Positions 1 through 11,248 of a stretch of DNA of 64,000 nucleotides are shown one piece after another (the stretch's first letter is position 1; the number at the start of each line of letters is the position of its first letter). Where the stretch lies: assembly GCA_002633005.1 (NCBI GenBank), contig NMRA01000185.1, positions 279,921-343,920 on the forward strand. Direction: 5' to 3'. Source of the DNA: Phoronis australis. Its lineage: Eukaryota > Animalia > Phoronida. The notes under the pieces were generated by a model. That model made no database searches. It had not been told where the DNA came from and worked only from the letters and a program-made list of their open reading frames with translations. Position numbers and translations under genes: made by a program.

Positions 1-520
1 GTAAACCAAATTCTCGTCTTACGTCTTAGGTCACCCCTCACAGACTCAAAAGAGAACAATATTGGATAGACAAGCTCAATACAATAGAACCTCATGGATA
101 GAACATAAAAACTTCTAAAAATATGTCATTCAATTTTTTACACAAAAATGTATCATATTCATTACACCATATCTTACATGTTAATTGTCAAATAGTGTTT
201 GATTTTACTTTATTTCTGTTTCTGTTGACAAAGGAAGTTATTACATCCGAAAATTTAAAATTTCAGTTGATCCATTCTTGTTGTTTTATTTACCGATTTA
301 TATTCTACATTTCGTGAAACAATAGTATCCTTTGGAGGATCTGGATAGCCTTATTTAGTTTCAGATTTATTTTCTGCGTCACTTTCATGAAATAGACCCA
401 AGGTGTTTGTTTCTTTGTGCTAACAGTCTCTCTTGATATGTTTGTGCTTTTCTCGTCTGCTCTCTATTTTGCCATTAGAGAAACCTTTCTTGATCGTGTA
501 CTGTTATTTGTTCATTTCAG

Positions 521-631
521 GGAGAGGAGAAAGGCAAGAAAGGGAAAAAGAGCGGTAAAAAGTCTGGGAAGAAGGATAAGAAAGGGAAGAAGGATAAAAA
601 GGGGAAGAAGGGCAAAGGAAAGGATGATGAT
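521..631 (+). CDS. IQCA1: IQCA1 exon (GEEKGKK...KDDD)
   Basis: tttcag acceptor, gtaag donor, 111 nt, phase 0/0. Confidence 0.85.
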
Positions 632-3600
632 GTAAGACATTGTATTGTCATCTGATTGGCTGTTTTTACTGGGGCAGAAGATAGGCTTAAGACTTATATG
701 GTCATCTGATTGGCTGTTTTCACTGGGGCAGAAGATAAACTAACTAAATACAGTACTTACAATGCATGTTGCTCAAGGCTGACAGAACTGTTTTGTTTTT
801 GTTGCTGGATATATATGCTAGCTGTTTGTTTAAGATTTTCCACCCAATGAAAGATCAGAACAGTTTGTTAATGTTTTGTTGAATTACCATATTCGCCGTA
901 ACCGCCCATGCCCCTGTAAGCGCCCCCACGCATTTTCAGACTTTGCTAAAAGAAGCGCCCAGTCCATGAACGTGTACGTGCGAAAAATGCCTTACCTACA
1001 GTCCTAAAATTCTACATTAACATCTTCAATTTATCAATAATATCCGACAGTCCTGAAAAAAATCATTGTGCACAGAATTTGTAAACCATGAGCCTCGCCA
1101 CTATGTCGGTATTTAGCCGTGACTATACACTTTAAACTTCCGCCATGCCTCAAAATGAACACATAAGTTCTGCTGATATTGCGAGGAACCAATGGTCTGG
1201 CCTTTCAGAACAGAAGTAGTATACTTGTCTATGGGATTGCTTTGTAGATATTTCCTGCTTTCAACAGGAATCCAAGTTTCTTTGTAGGCCTACATATGAA
1301 AACCGTGAATTGAAGACTAATAAAAAGCTTGGCCAGTGTTAAAAGCACGTGGCCAGGAAGCGCGCGCTACATGCATGAACTTGTCATCAAAGACATTAGT
1401 CAGGAACTATCCATTCATGAAACGGGTAGCATAGCATCGGCAAGAAATGAATATTGGCACTAATTTCCGACAGTTTCTAATTCTATAAAAAAATGTTTGC
1501 GTTATTTTTAAGATAAATTGTTTGATTAACCATAATTGGTGTTTTTAAGCCAAATATCCGATAAAATGACAACTGACAGTGAATGCTTACACACCCTTAC
1601 ACCGAAAAATAACTGTCAGATACTTACGTACGCATCCAACCACATGGCGATTAATATGGGCCTTACCGAGACAAATGTCGTAAGTTTTTAGCACGAGACC
1701 GGCAAGTGCTGAATGAAACACGCTCTGGTTTAGGCTTACTGCTTGTGCAAATTTCTTTTAATTAGATACAATGCACATCTAGCTCGTTAGATTGCGTGGC
1801 TCTGGCCAAAAGACGGTATCTGCTCTGGCAAATGAACTCTGGTGACACGCACGCGCTCGCTTACTCACAAACGCAGACAACTTCAAAACAAACGTCACGT
1901 GACAACAAGTGTGTTCGTCCAGACATTTTTCTCATGTTGCCGATCATACATGTAGATGGCACGATATAGCACAGATTTGTACTTAAACCTGCCGTGATCC
2001 CGACTCCACGGGAACTTAAAAACCTTAGGGATGCTACTTGGAAAACTTAAGGAGGATTTCAGGTAATTTGCTTGAGTCGAAACTGTATTTTTGTTCAAGA
2101 ATTCAAGTCGCCATATCGACGATTGCGAGGCAGGCAGCCGGCGAGTTTTCGCCCTGGGATTTCAGCACAATTTGCTGTAAAATGATCGTAATTTAGCGGC
2201 AAAGTTTGATAGCAATGCACCACGGTTTTGTAGAAAGTCTTTCATAGATTACAGATATGTCACAGAGCATAAATATGATGAATCTTAGCTTCCGATTTCA
2301 CCCGTTTCAGAGACCGGGTTTCAACGGCCTTGGGTTATAATAAGCGCCCCTCTGAAACAAACTTTTCTAAGCGCCATGGGCGGTTATAACAGCAAATACG
2401 GTAGCTTAAAATCAGATTATTTTGGCAGTACAATCCCTCTTTTTTGCACAGTTGATGAAATCCATGACAGTGTTGATTAGTTTAATGGGCACTTGCTCCA
2501 ATATGAAACACGATGCCCCCTGTCAAGTCGAGGGTTATTTAGTATGTATGAGTAAAGTGGAGGGTTCCAGTTGAATTTATTTTCATTCTCTTCTCTTTTT
2601 TCTAGGAAGAGGAAGAAGGTTGGAAGATGGCGCCGTCCAACTTTGTCGGGACGGTGAATGAGGGCCACGAGACGTACAAGGGGGTGTGGCAGAGCAGGGA
2701 TGAGTCAGACAACTTCTCGCAGAAACACGACGCTGAGTTGGTGAAGGAGGAAAAGAGAAAAGAAGTCGAGGAAGAGATCAGAGTTCAAGTGGACGAGTTG
2801 ATGAGAGAAGAACTGAAGAACCTCAAGACGGTATGTGGTCTGAGATGACCAGGGGTCAGTTGATGACTTGGGTTCAGTTGATGACCAGGGGTCAGTTGAT
2901 GACCAGAGGTCAGTTGATGACCAGAGATCTGTTGATGACCAGGGGTCAGTTGAGTATTGGAGTGAGTGGGGGGTTGGGTTTTGGCTGCGTTGATGATGGA
3001 AGAACTTCAAGACGGTATGTGGTCAGAGATGACCTGGGGTCAGTTGAGTATTGGAGTGAGTGGTGGATTGGGTTCTGGCTGCATTGATGAGGGAAGAATT
3101 GAGGAACCTAAAGATGTTTGGTGTTGTAGCGGGATGACCAGAGGGAAGTATTGTGGTCAGTGTGAAGTGATATGTTGAGTGAATTGGGGAGGAAGGATGG
3201 TTGGTGGTCTAGGCGACCAACGGTTAGTTGAACCCTGCAGCATTGGGTGATTGTATTGGGTGAACTGATGGAGGGAAATGCTAGTGGTCTGGGATGACCA
3301 AGGGTCAGTTGAGTATTGTGGTCAGTAGTGTGGGGTAGTGAGAATTGGACCAATAATGGATGACTTGAATAATCTCAATGTGTCAGGTGATTACCTGAAA
3401 TGAACAGCACTCTGTGAAATGGAACTCTTCTCTGCTGCATTTGAAAAACACGTAACAACAAAGACCTTCCTGAGAATACTTGATTTGTAGACACTAAGTT
3501 TGGTTATTCCCGTGATGACAGAGAGATAATAAAAGGAGGTTAGCTTCTTGCAAACTGCCGCTACAGCAATACCTTAAAGCTTGCGAATGGCGTGTGTATT

Positions 3601-6600
3601 CTCTTACATTTGACGCTTTCAAGGGGTATCTAGTCTGCATGGTGGCTTAGAATTTTGCTGACGGTAGTAAATCATGGGTGTCACTCACACACAATAAGCT
3701 TTTTGAAATTGACATGCAAGGTCAGTAAAAGCAGTTTTATGTGAACCCTGCTCTTAGTCATACAACTGCCCCAGTTGGACTGTGTAACTAAACACAGCTT
3801 AACAAAGGGTTTATGGTCCTGGCTGACAAGTTGTTTTATTGCCCCATATAGATTATGAATAGTCCAGCTAAGACTGCGAACATTTTGGTACTAAATACCT
3901 TTTACTTGATGACAGGCGGTTGACAGAGATAAGGGTAAAAAGAAAGGCAAGAAATCTGGCAAGAAGAAGAAGAAGAAGGGAAAGAAGAGTGGCAAGAAGA
4001 AGAAGGGAAAGAAGGAGAAAGATCTCACGCCTGATAGGTGAGCAATTTGGAGGTCGGAGGTTGGTCAGAGGTCAAATTGGGGGAGGTCAGAAATTGCATT
4101 GAAGATGTTCGTGACGAAATTAAATGCTGCAAGACCAGTTATCAGATTAAGATTGATGAGTGCTGCCTTTGTGCACTGAAAAAGTTGTCGAGATTTGCTG
4201 ACAGTTTTTTTTAGCTGATTTTCAGCAAAGTTTGTAGCAATGTGTAGAAATAAATATGGTGAGCTGAATTTGCCTTGAATGTGCCAACTGTAACTGTGCT
4301 GTGTATTAATTATGTTGGTTGCTTTCAGGACCATAGAGGATCTTTATGAAGAGCTTGTTGTTCAGGGGGTTCTTGTTCGCTGTCCCAAAGTGAACCTTCC
4401 TGAATACATCGGAGAGTACAGCTACCTGGGCACCACACTACGTCAAGCCAACATTGAACCCATGCCTTCACTCAGTGACGTGCGACGATTGGTGACAGAG
4501 TTTGGCGTTTTACCACTAGGTGGGTAATATTTAAGGTGTTTTAGCCAATTAAAAACACTTCATGTGAGACTTTCGATGATTAAGTGTGACATATACATTT
4601 GGTGTACATTTCTCAGCACTGTACAGTGAGATCTCATGCTCTCGAAGATAACTTATTGAACATCCAAAATTATTGACAGTGTTTTTTTTTTTAAAGCAAA
4701 CTTTTTGTCAAAAATATGATATCATATTCAACATGCATACATGAAATTGCAATCTTCACAGTGAATTTGAAAATTATACTATATAGATAGGTTTGTGTCA
4801 CAAAGACTAGCGTCAGGTTGTTTAGATTGTTTATTTTTTAATTAATTATTTTACTTACCTTGGGTATTGTGTATCCTAGAAACATTCGCTATAGTGTATT
4901 ACATCATTGTGCCATCTTCATTACTCAGGTTCCCCTGCAGTTCACGAAAAATCCCCACTTGTGAAATCCATAATGCTGGCGGGGCCACGGGGGACTGGCA
5001 AAAAGATGCTGGCTCAGGCCATCGCCACGGAAACGGGGTCGAACTTCTTTGACCTCACAGCAGCCAATATAGCCGGGCGATACCCTGGAAAGGATGGTCT
5101 AAAAATGTTAATGCATCTCATATTCAAGGTATTTAGGTCATGATGAGCAAATGTACACTGTAAATTGAACAAACTGCATCTTTCACATTGATCTTGTTGT
5201 AGATGTTATGTTGTTAAATTGATTTCAAAAGAATACCCTGCCATTAACTGTACAATTTGTGAAATAAGACGCCCACTATTGTATGTATGGGTAAAAGCAG
5301 AGCAGTAGAAACAACGACAGTCCGTACGTACCTTGTGCTTTGTCAGTTGTTTGTTGTGCTCTATGACAACTGAAGGCTTATCTAAGTTCTTTTTGTAACG
5401 AGTAGCACAATCATTGCATTAGCAGTGACTCCGTCAACAGTACTGTTGTCTTTGAACCATGGCAGATTGTTGGCCTTTGCGTCAGCCTGTGAGATGCTGA
5501 AGAGCTTGGAAAGTTTCACAGTGTGCCAGCTTGATATCTGCACTTGAAAACCCGCTGTCTGGAGTGCACACTAAACGGAAGTTATTTATGATATTAACGG
5601 GCCACAACTACGAATTTCACTGAAAACGACTATGATGCTCTAAAGCTCTGTACTTCTGGTTCCAGGTTGGCCGTGCTCTTCAACCGTCTGTGTTTTATAT
5701 TGGCGAATGTGAGAAAATGTTCAAGAAAAAGATACCAAAAACAGACACAGTGAGTATCTAGGCATGGGAGACAAGATAGTTGTAAGAATTAGTCAAAGAG
5801 CAATGTTGCTAAAGAGGGATTTGTTTCCCAGTAGATAGACTGGCCTCTTACATTATGTTGGATTGCTCTAGGTAGTGCATTTAGCTAAAGCTCCATTGTT
5901 ATGACATGCTATGAACATTCCCACTAAATAAGATTGGTCCTAATCCCAGTGGTTAAGGTAAATGGCGGGGTATGGAAAATTGAAGTAGACCGTATTTATC
6001 CACCTTGGCTGAGTCGCACTCGGCTCACGATCAAAGGGATGCCGCCAAGCTGCTCTAGTCATCGAGTCACGAGCGAGGATAATTGGCTTCGCTCATGCGG
6101 ATATGATCAGCTGATTACAATCTAGCTAGCAGACTGTACTTTTTATGGAGAGAGTTTTACGTAGTTTTTACTGTAATATTTGAAAAGAGGAGCGAAAACA
6201 AATATGAGTACAACTTTGAATTTTTCAAATCGGCCCAGGATAAGAGATTTTGCAACACAGCAACACTCACGATTACTTTCATTCGGCGCGCACTAATACA
6301 AAAATATAGGACCCAAGTTATTTAGATTTTGGAACACATGCATTGCAATATTCAAAATACGTATATTATGAATCTTACAAGCTGTAAAACGACGTTGTTA
6401 ATTTCATTGTGTTCATTCATTGTCATCCGTCAAATCGGCAATTTCCGAGATGTGATCTGCGGCGTGCGCGTATGTGTACAAAACACGTGATTGTTATGTT
6501 CCTGAAGTACGAAAATTAAGAAGGCTTTAACATGCCGTTATTATTGACAGGGACACGATAAAACGAATTTGGATTTTGACTATAGTCTTGATACAGCGAT

Positions 6601-9600
6601 CTGACTGACCACTGCGTCAGTGTCTCCGTTAGACCCAGAAATTTCACACAGCCCGGGTAGTTCATTTCGTCCCCAACATGTAGATCGAGCCTTGGACTAT
6701 TAATACTCCACGGCAGAGCTAACGACAGTCGGCCTGTGCACACAAAATCTGTGAGTTAACCAGCACTCACCTTGCACGTTACAGCCGTTTAAGTGAAAAA
6801 CAATCTAGTAAACGCCATTTTCTTGCATAATCCTCCGCCTTTTGTAACAAAAAAGTCTATCGTCGATGACCCGCACACGCACGCTCACTCACTCTCATAC
6901 ACAGACGACCTTCAAAACAAACGTCACGTGACAACAACATGTGTGTTCATCCAGAGATTTTTCTCTTGTTGTGGAGTACGATGTAGCGCACATTTGGACT
7001 TAATCGCAATTAATCTGGACTCCACATGAACTTTAAAAATTGTAAAACATCAGGAAGATTTCAGGTAATTTGTTGAGTCGAAACTATATTTTTATTCAAG
7101 AGTACAAGTTTTCCTATTGACGATGGCGATTCAGCGGCGACGCATCAGTCGGCAAGTTTTCGCCCTGTGATGAGCACAATTTTTTGAAAAATTATCGTAA
7201 TTTAACAACGGAAGTTCATAGCAATGCACCACAATTTTGTAGAAAGACTGTCATAGGCTAAAAATTCGTCACAAAGCGTAAATTTTATGAATCCTAGCTT
7301 CCGATTTTACCCGTTTGGGAAACCGGCTTTCAACTGCCGTAGGCTACAATAAGAATCCCCTCCCCGTGAAATGATTTTTTCTAAGCGTTTATTAGAGCCA
7401 ATACAGTATACAGCTTTCCACCAAGGCTAGGTGATACTACGACATTATTCTTTGTTGCATTAGTAACTGGTCTTGGCTAATATTATCATTTTATGGCCTG
7501 GTCATCCATTCAGCCAAAAGTAGTTCCAGAGGTGGCTTATCAGCCAATTATTCACGCATGCTGACTCACAATAGAAGCCTGATAAGAGTGAAGGTGGATA
7601 AATGCGGTGTTCCTACAGTTTCTTGTTTTAGTGGATGTGTTCACGACATGGAATTTCACACTTTTCAAAATTGCAGATCCGCTTACAATTTACTTATTAT
7701 AGGGAAAAAATACTTCATTGCAAAATTTCATAATTTTGTTCCATTTTAGGGAACCTCAATCATTATTTTTATTCTTGATTTATTCTTTATTGTTAATAAT
7801 AAATTTTGTGAAAGTCTCAAGAGGAGGAGGAATATGATTGGGTAAGACTGATTTCCCAAAATCCATCTGGATTGCTTTTGGTGTGTGACATATGAGTTTT
7901 TTTTGATGCATTATGGGTGTTGCCAATGGAAAGTTTTTTGGTTTTTCATTTTTCCTTCGTTTGTGAATTTGTGTGACATTTTGAAATTATTTAGTGGGTG
8001 CTAGAACAGAATTGTGTGTATTGCCTTGCGGAATGGTTATTTATATTTTGGGCTTGCTGACAAAGGTAAATGTCATCAAGAATAACATAATACTCCTTAA
8101 TGTTGTGAGAACAAGAATGCAACCTCTAGTTGACCCATTGTAACACTTTGTTGGGCAAATGATGAGCAGTGTGGACAAAGACAAAATTTCTTTCTCTTAT
8201 TCACACATGTTTTGCAGCTTTTTGTGACGTGTGTTTTTACAGTTCAAGTAATATTCAGTTCCAAAATGCATCTTCAGACATTAGGTTTTATGTCTATCTA
8301 TTTGTGTAAAATAACATGTATCCCGGAGCAATTGGGTGAAAAACAAAACCATCTTATCCAGCATTCAGATGCCTCATAAAACTGTTCACTGCGAAAGACA
8401 CCCTATCTACAATCTTAAGAGTATATGAATAACATGAATGAACAAAATTCTGTTATAAATTTGTCCAATCTTGTGCAACCAAGCCTAACCATAAATCACA
8501 TCATTGGAATGTTGGCTTCTCAAGGTAAGAAGGCACATCTGTCACCTGATTCAGGGTCCGACGAAAACAATGCTGATAATGGTTTACATGTGAATTAATG
8601 TTTCAGGGGGCAGATCAGATGTCTGGTCTGCCTTCTGAGTGACTGGACATCTTGTGAATGCAGTAGAAGTCATGTGAACGCTGCACTGTGAGAAATGATT
8701 GAGGAATCTTAAGAAATTTATCTATCTTTTAGACTGACCCTAAACGTCTGAAAAAAGAGCTGCCCAAGGCAATGAAAAATGTTAAGGCTGAAGATCGTCT
8801 GCTCCTCATCGGCACAACTAGGTCACCATTTGATGGGGAGATGAAGCCCCTGGCTGCACTGTATCAGAAAATATTACTGATTCCCCGACCGGATTATGCA
8901 TCCCGACATTGTGAGTAGAGTTGACTTCATGAAGGTGTTTTTGTTGTACATAAATTTCACAAGTACTTTAGAAATCGTTTGGTTATTGAACTGGGTTTGG
9001 AGAGACAGAATGTGAATTGTTATACCATGTTCACACAAGTGACTAATCTTAAGTTATGTACTACAATTTCTCATTATGAAGAAATTTTGGTAAACCTATT
9101 GGCTAGAACATTTTGTGTAACAGTTAGTACGTGCTCTTTCGTCATTCTGTGCATTTTTATAAGCCAGTAAAACTCACATAAGTTGGAGGTGCAGAAGTTG
9201 AGTCTTCGCTTAATGTGGACGAACGTTTGTTGGTCCCGCAGTAGGTGGGATCCTGCTTGGGTTTAATTGTAATGTTTTTGTGAAAATCTTGGATAAAACT
9301 GGTAAAATATTCTTCATAATACAAAACGATTGTTATTTTATCTTTTCGATCCTGTTTGCAGTACTGTGGAGGGAGTTAATTCAGAAACAGGGAGGTATAC
9401 TGACCAATTCATTGGACATCAGCTCCTTGGCGAAGATCACGGATGGCTACACACCTGGACACATCAAAGAGTCGGCTGAAGCCGTGCTGACAGAGCGACG
9501 AGTGGCGCAACAGAATAAAAAGCCCCTGCAGGCAGTGGAGTTCATTGCACCCCTGGCGAGGATTGATCCTATTTATAAGGAAGAGGAGGAAACTTATAAG

Positions 9601-10684
9601 GTACGGCTAGGACGTTAATGTCAGCATTATACCATAGAAATAAACATTCACTAGTTGTACGGAAATTTAATGTTCAACTCCTGTCTGGAGATAAATGAGT
9701 TTTGAATTCTCTACTGAACGTAGGTTTTATGTGTTGCTAGTAAAATGGCAATCAATATTCCCTTTTGAGAGCTAACTAGCTAACTATTGCACTGTTAACT
9801 ATCTCAGGGCTTGGAATTTTCCGCGGAAACGCGGATTTCCGCTTTTTTGAAATGTGCTTTCCGCTTTTTTTATAATATTTCCGCGTAAAAAAATCGGATT
9901 TGATGTGAAATTTCCGCGGCAAATTCCTTTCTTACCGCGGCGTTGCAGACGACGTTCACCTCGGAAAGCGGAAGTTTCGGAGGAACGTAAATTGTCAACA
10001 TTGCCGGGGCATCTGGGTAAAGCGTGGTCTGATTTTCAATGGCGGCTCGTGTTATTGTTAAGCGCGGCGACAAATACTACCGCTCTGCAGCCAAATTTGT
10101 GTGGGTTGGGAGTGGACGGGCGAGCGAAAAGGTCGCAGACGCATGCTACTGATGGTGGTAAGGTTTTTTTTTTTTTTTAGTCCTCTCGATTTTTGTCGCG
10201 GAAAGGTTCACATTGACCATTTCAAAGGCTGGTTATCGGGCATGATTTGGGCCGTAAAAGTTTCCGCGTTTTTTGTCATTGGTCATTCCAAGCCCTGCTA
10301 TCTACAAACTGTTGTTTTTTAGATAACAGATGTATTTGTCGGAGAAAGTGATTTGTTTTAATATCTGTGGCATTAACTGATCTTTAATCTCTCATTGGCT
10401 GTGTATTTAATAGAAGATTGAATTAATGTAAAGAACTCTATTAACATATAAATGACAGATACATCTAATGTTAATGAATGGAGGATGTTCATATTTTGGC
10501 ACTTTTGTGGAGTGCATCAGTTAACATTTGCAAAATTGACGTCTTTCAGAGCTGGTATGGAAAAACGCCACTCGGTAAGAAGCGAGCTAAAGCCGCAGCT
10601 GGTGAAGATGAGGACCCCAAGGCTAAAGGTAAAGGGAAGAAAGGCAAGGATAAGAAAGGGAAGAAAGGGAAGAAAAAGAAGTAA
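521..10684 (+). CDS. IQCA1: IQ and AAA domain-containing protein 1 / dynein regulatory complex subunit 11, 3' part (9 exons; 5' part lies before the window)
   Basis: Exons 521-631, 2606-2830, 3916-4037, 4329-4519, 4929-5128, 5666-5749, 8733-8910, 9362-9600 and 10550-10684 join in frame via GT-AG. Motifs typical of IQCA1: [18 protein letters not shown], Walker A-like [43 protein letters not shown], and Lys/Gly-rich linkers. Confidence 0.93.
887..2401. mobile_element. Non-autonomous TIR DNA transposon (Tc1/mariner/pogo-like) in an IQCA1 intron
   Basis: Ends TA|CCATATTCGCCGTAACCGCCCATG and CATGGGCGGTTATAACAGCAAATACGG|TA are imperfect inverted repeats flanked by TA. The internal part 1875-2370 is repeated at about 6895-7390. 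Confidence 0.75.
2606..2830 (+). CDS. IQCA1: IQCA1 exon ([13 protein letters not shown]...ELKNLKT)
   Basis: Polypyrimidine tract + tag acceptor, gtatgt donor, 225 nt. Confidence 0.92.
2844..2951. repeat. 18-bp minisatellite (GATGACCAGGGGTCAGTT)x6, part of a larger duplicated exon-end region extending to about 3330
   Basis: Six adjacent near-identical units read directly. Confidence 0.9.
3916..4037 (+). CDS. IQCA1: IQCA1 exon (AVDRDKGKK...EKDLTPDR)
   Basis: cag acceptor, gtgag donor, phase 0/2. Confidence 0.9.
4329..4519 (+). CDS. IQCA1: IQCA1 exon (TIEDLYEEL...GVLPLG)
   Basis: tttcag acceptor, gtggg donor, phase 2/1. Confidence 0.92.
4929..5128 (+). CDS. IQCA1: IQCA1 exon, AAA Walker A region
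   Basis: [15 protein letters not shown]; phase 1/0. Confidence 0.93.
5666..5749 (+). CDS. IQCA1: IQCA1 exon, Walker B region ([19 protein letters not shown])
   Basis: ttccag acceptor, gtgagt donor, 84 nt. Confidence 0.9.
5989..7608. mobile_element. Composite/nested non-autonomous DNA elements in an IQCA1 intron
   Basis: Inverted ends ACCGTATTTATCCACCTT / AAGGTGGATAAATGCGGT. Internal blocks are shared with 1875-2370 and with about 30920-31110. Confidence 0.6.
8733..8910 (+). CDS. IQCA1: IQCA1 exon ([12 protein letters not shown]...PDYASRH)
   Basis: ttttag acceptor, gtgagt donor, phase 0/1. Confidence 0.92.
9362..9600 (+). CDS. IQCA1: IQCA1 exon (LWRELIQ...EEEETYK)
   Basis: ttgcag acceptor, gtacgg donor, phase 1/0. 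Confidence 0.92.
9805..10297. mobile_element. hAT-like MITE with 6-bp target-site duplication
   Basis: Perfect 13-bp TIR CAGGGCTTGGAAT/ATTCCAAGCCCTG; flanking direct repeat CTATCT; internal TTCCGCG repeats. Confidence 0.85.
10550..10684 (+). CDS. IQCA1: IQCA1 last coding exon
   Basis: tttcag acceptor; [12 protein letters not shown]...KKKK then TAA. Confidence 0.92.
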   Translation, partial: SWYGKTPLGKKRAKAAAGEDEDPKAKGKGKKGKDKKGKKGKKKK

Positions 10685-10914
10685 CTGATATTGAAATGGT
10701 GAAAGGTCTGCTGTACATTTCAGGCCTCACCTGGGAAGTTTGGCATCAATGATATCATAAGAGGACTTCTTTAAAGGTTTTCACCCACGATTTTCTGGAA
10801 GTGAGAATTAGGCATGTGCATTCCATGAGGAGACTAAGAAATGTTCATCATTTTTATTGTGCAGAAAAGTGTGAAATTTTATGCTTGACCAAAATATATT
10901 ATTTTTATTAGTTC

Positions 10915-10920
10915 AATAAA
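10915..10920 (+). terminator. Probable poly(A) signal of IQCA1
   Basis: First AATAAA about 230 nt after the stop codon, followed by T/GT-rich sequence. Confidence 0.55.
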
Positions 10921-11143
10921 AGTCTTCATTTATTGTATCTCAAGCTCTTTGGGTGTCTCATGTATTACAGAAGCAGGATATAAAAACAGTTTTTGTAATG
11001 GGAAAACAAGCTTCAACACCCAGTGACCCTTTTACATCCTTTATTTAATAACTTCACAAGTTCCAAAAGAAACATGGCAAAATCTATAACGTAAATATAT
11101 AGACGCTGAGATTGGCCAGTAATGAAATATATCAAATAAACAC

Positions 11144-11248
11144 GGAAAAATCAGGAACCCCAACTAGGAATCGAACCACAGATTTCTAGATTGCCGGTCT
11201 ATCTAGAGACCTGTGGTCCGACTCCCAGTTGGGATTCCTGATTTTTCC
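11144..11248. repeat. Hairpin element with tRNA B-box-like arms
   Basis: About 45-bp inverted arms (GGAAAAATCAGGAACCCCAACTAGGAATCGAACCACAG / CTGTGGTCCGACTCCCAGTTGGGATTCCTGATTTTTCC). Confidence 0.75.

Noticed and set aside
2844-2951. GGTCA/TGACC nuclear-receptor half-site array
   Set aside because: Spacings (everted 3, inverted 5) are not a classic ERE and arise automatically from repeat expansion.
2705-3353. Overlapping ORFs such as STDPWS/MTRGQL repeats
   Set aside because: They are products of the 18-bp intronic repeat.
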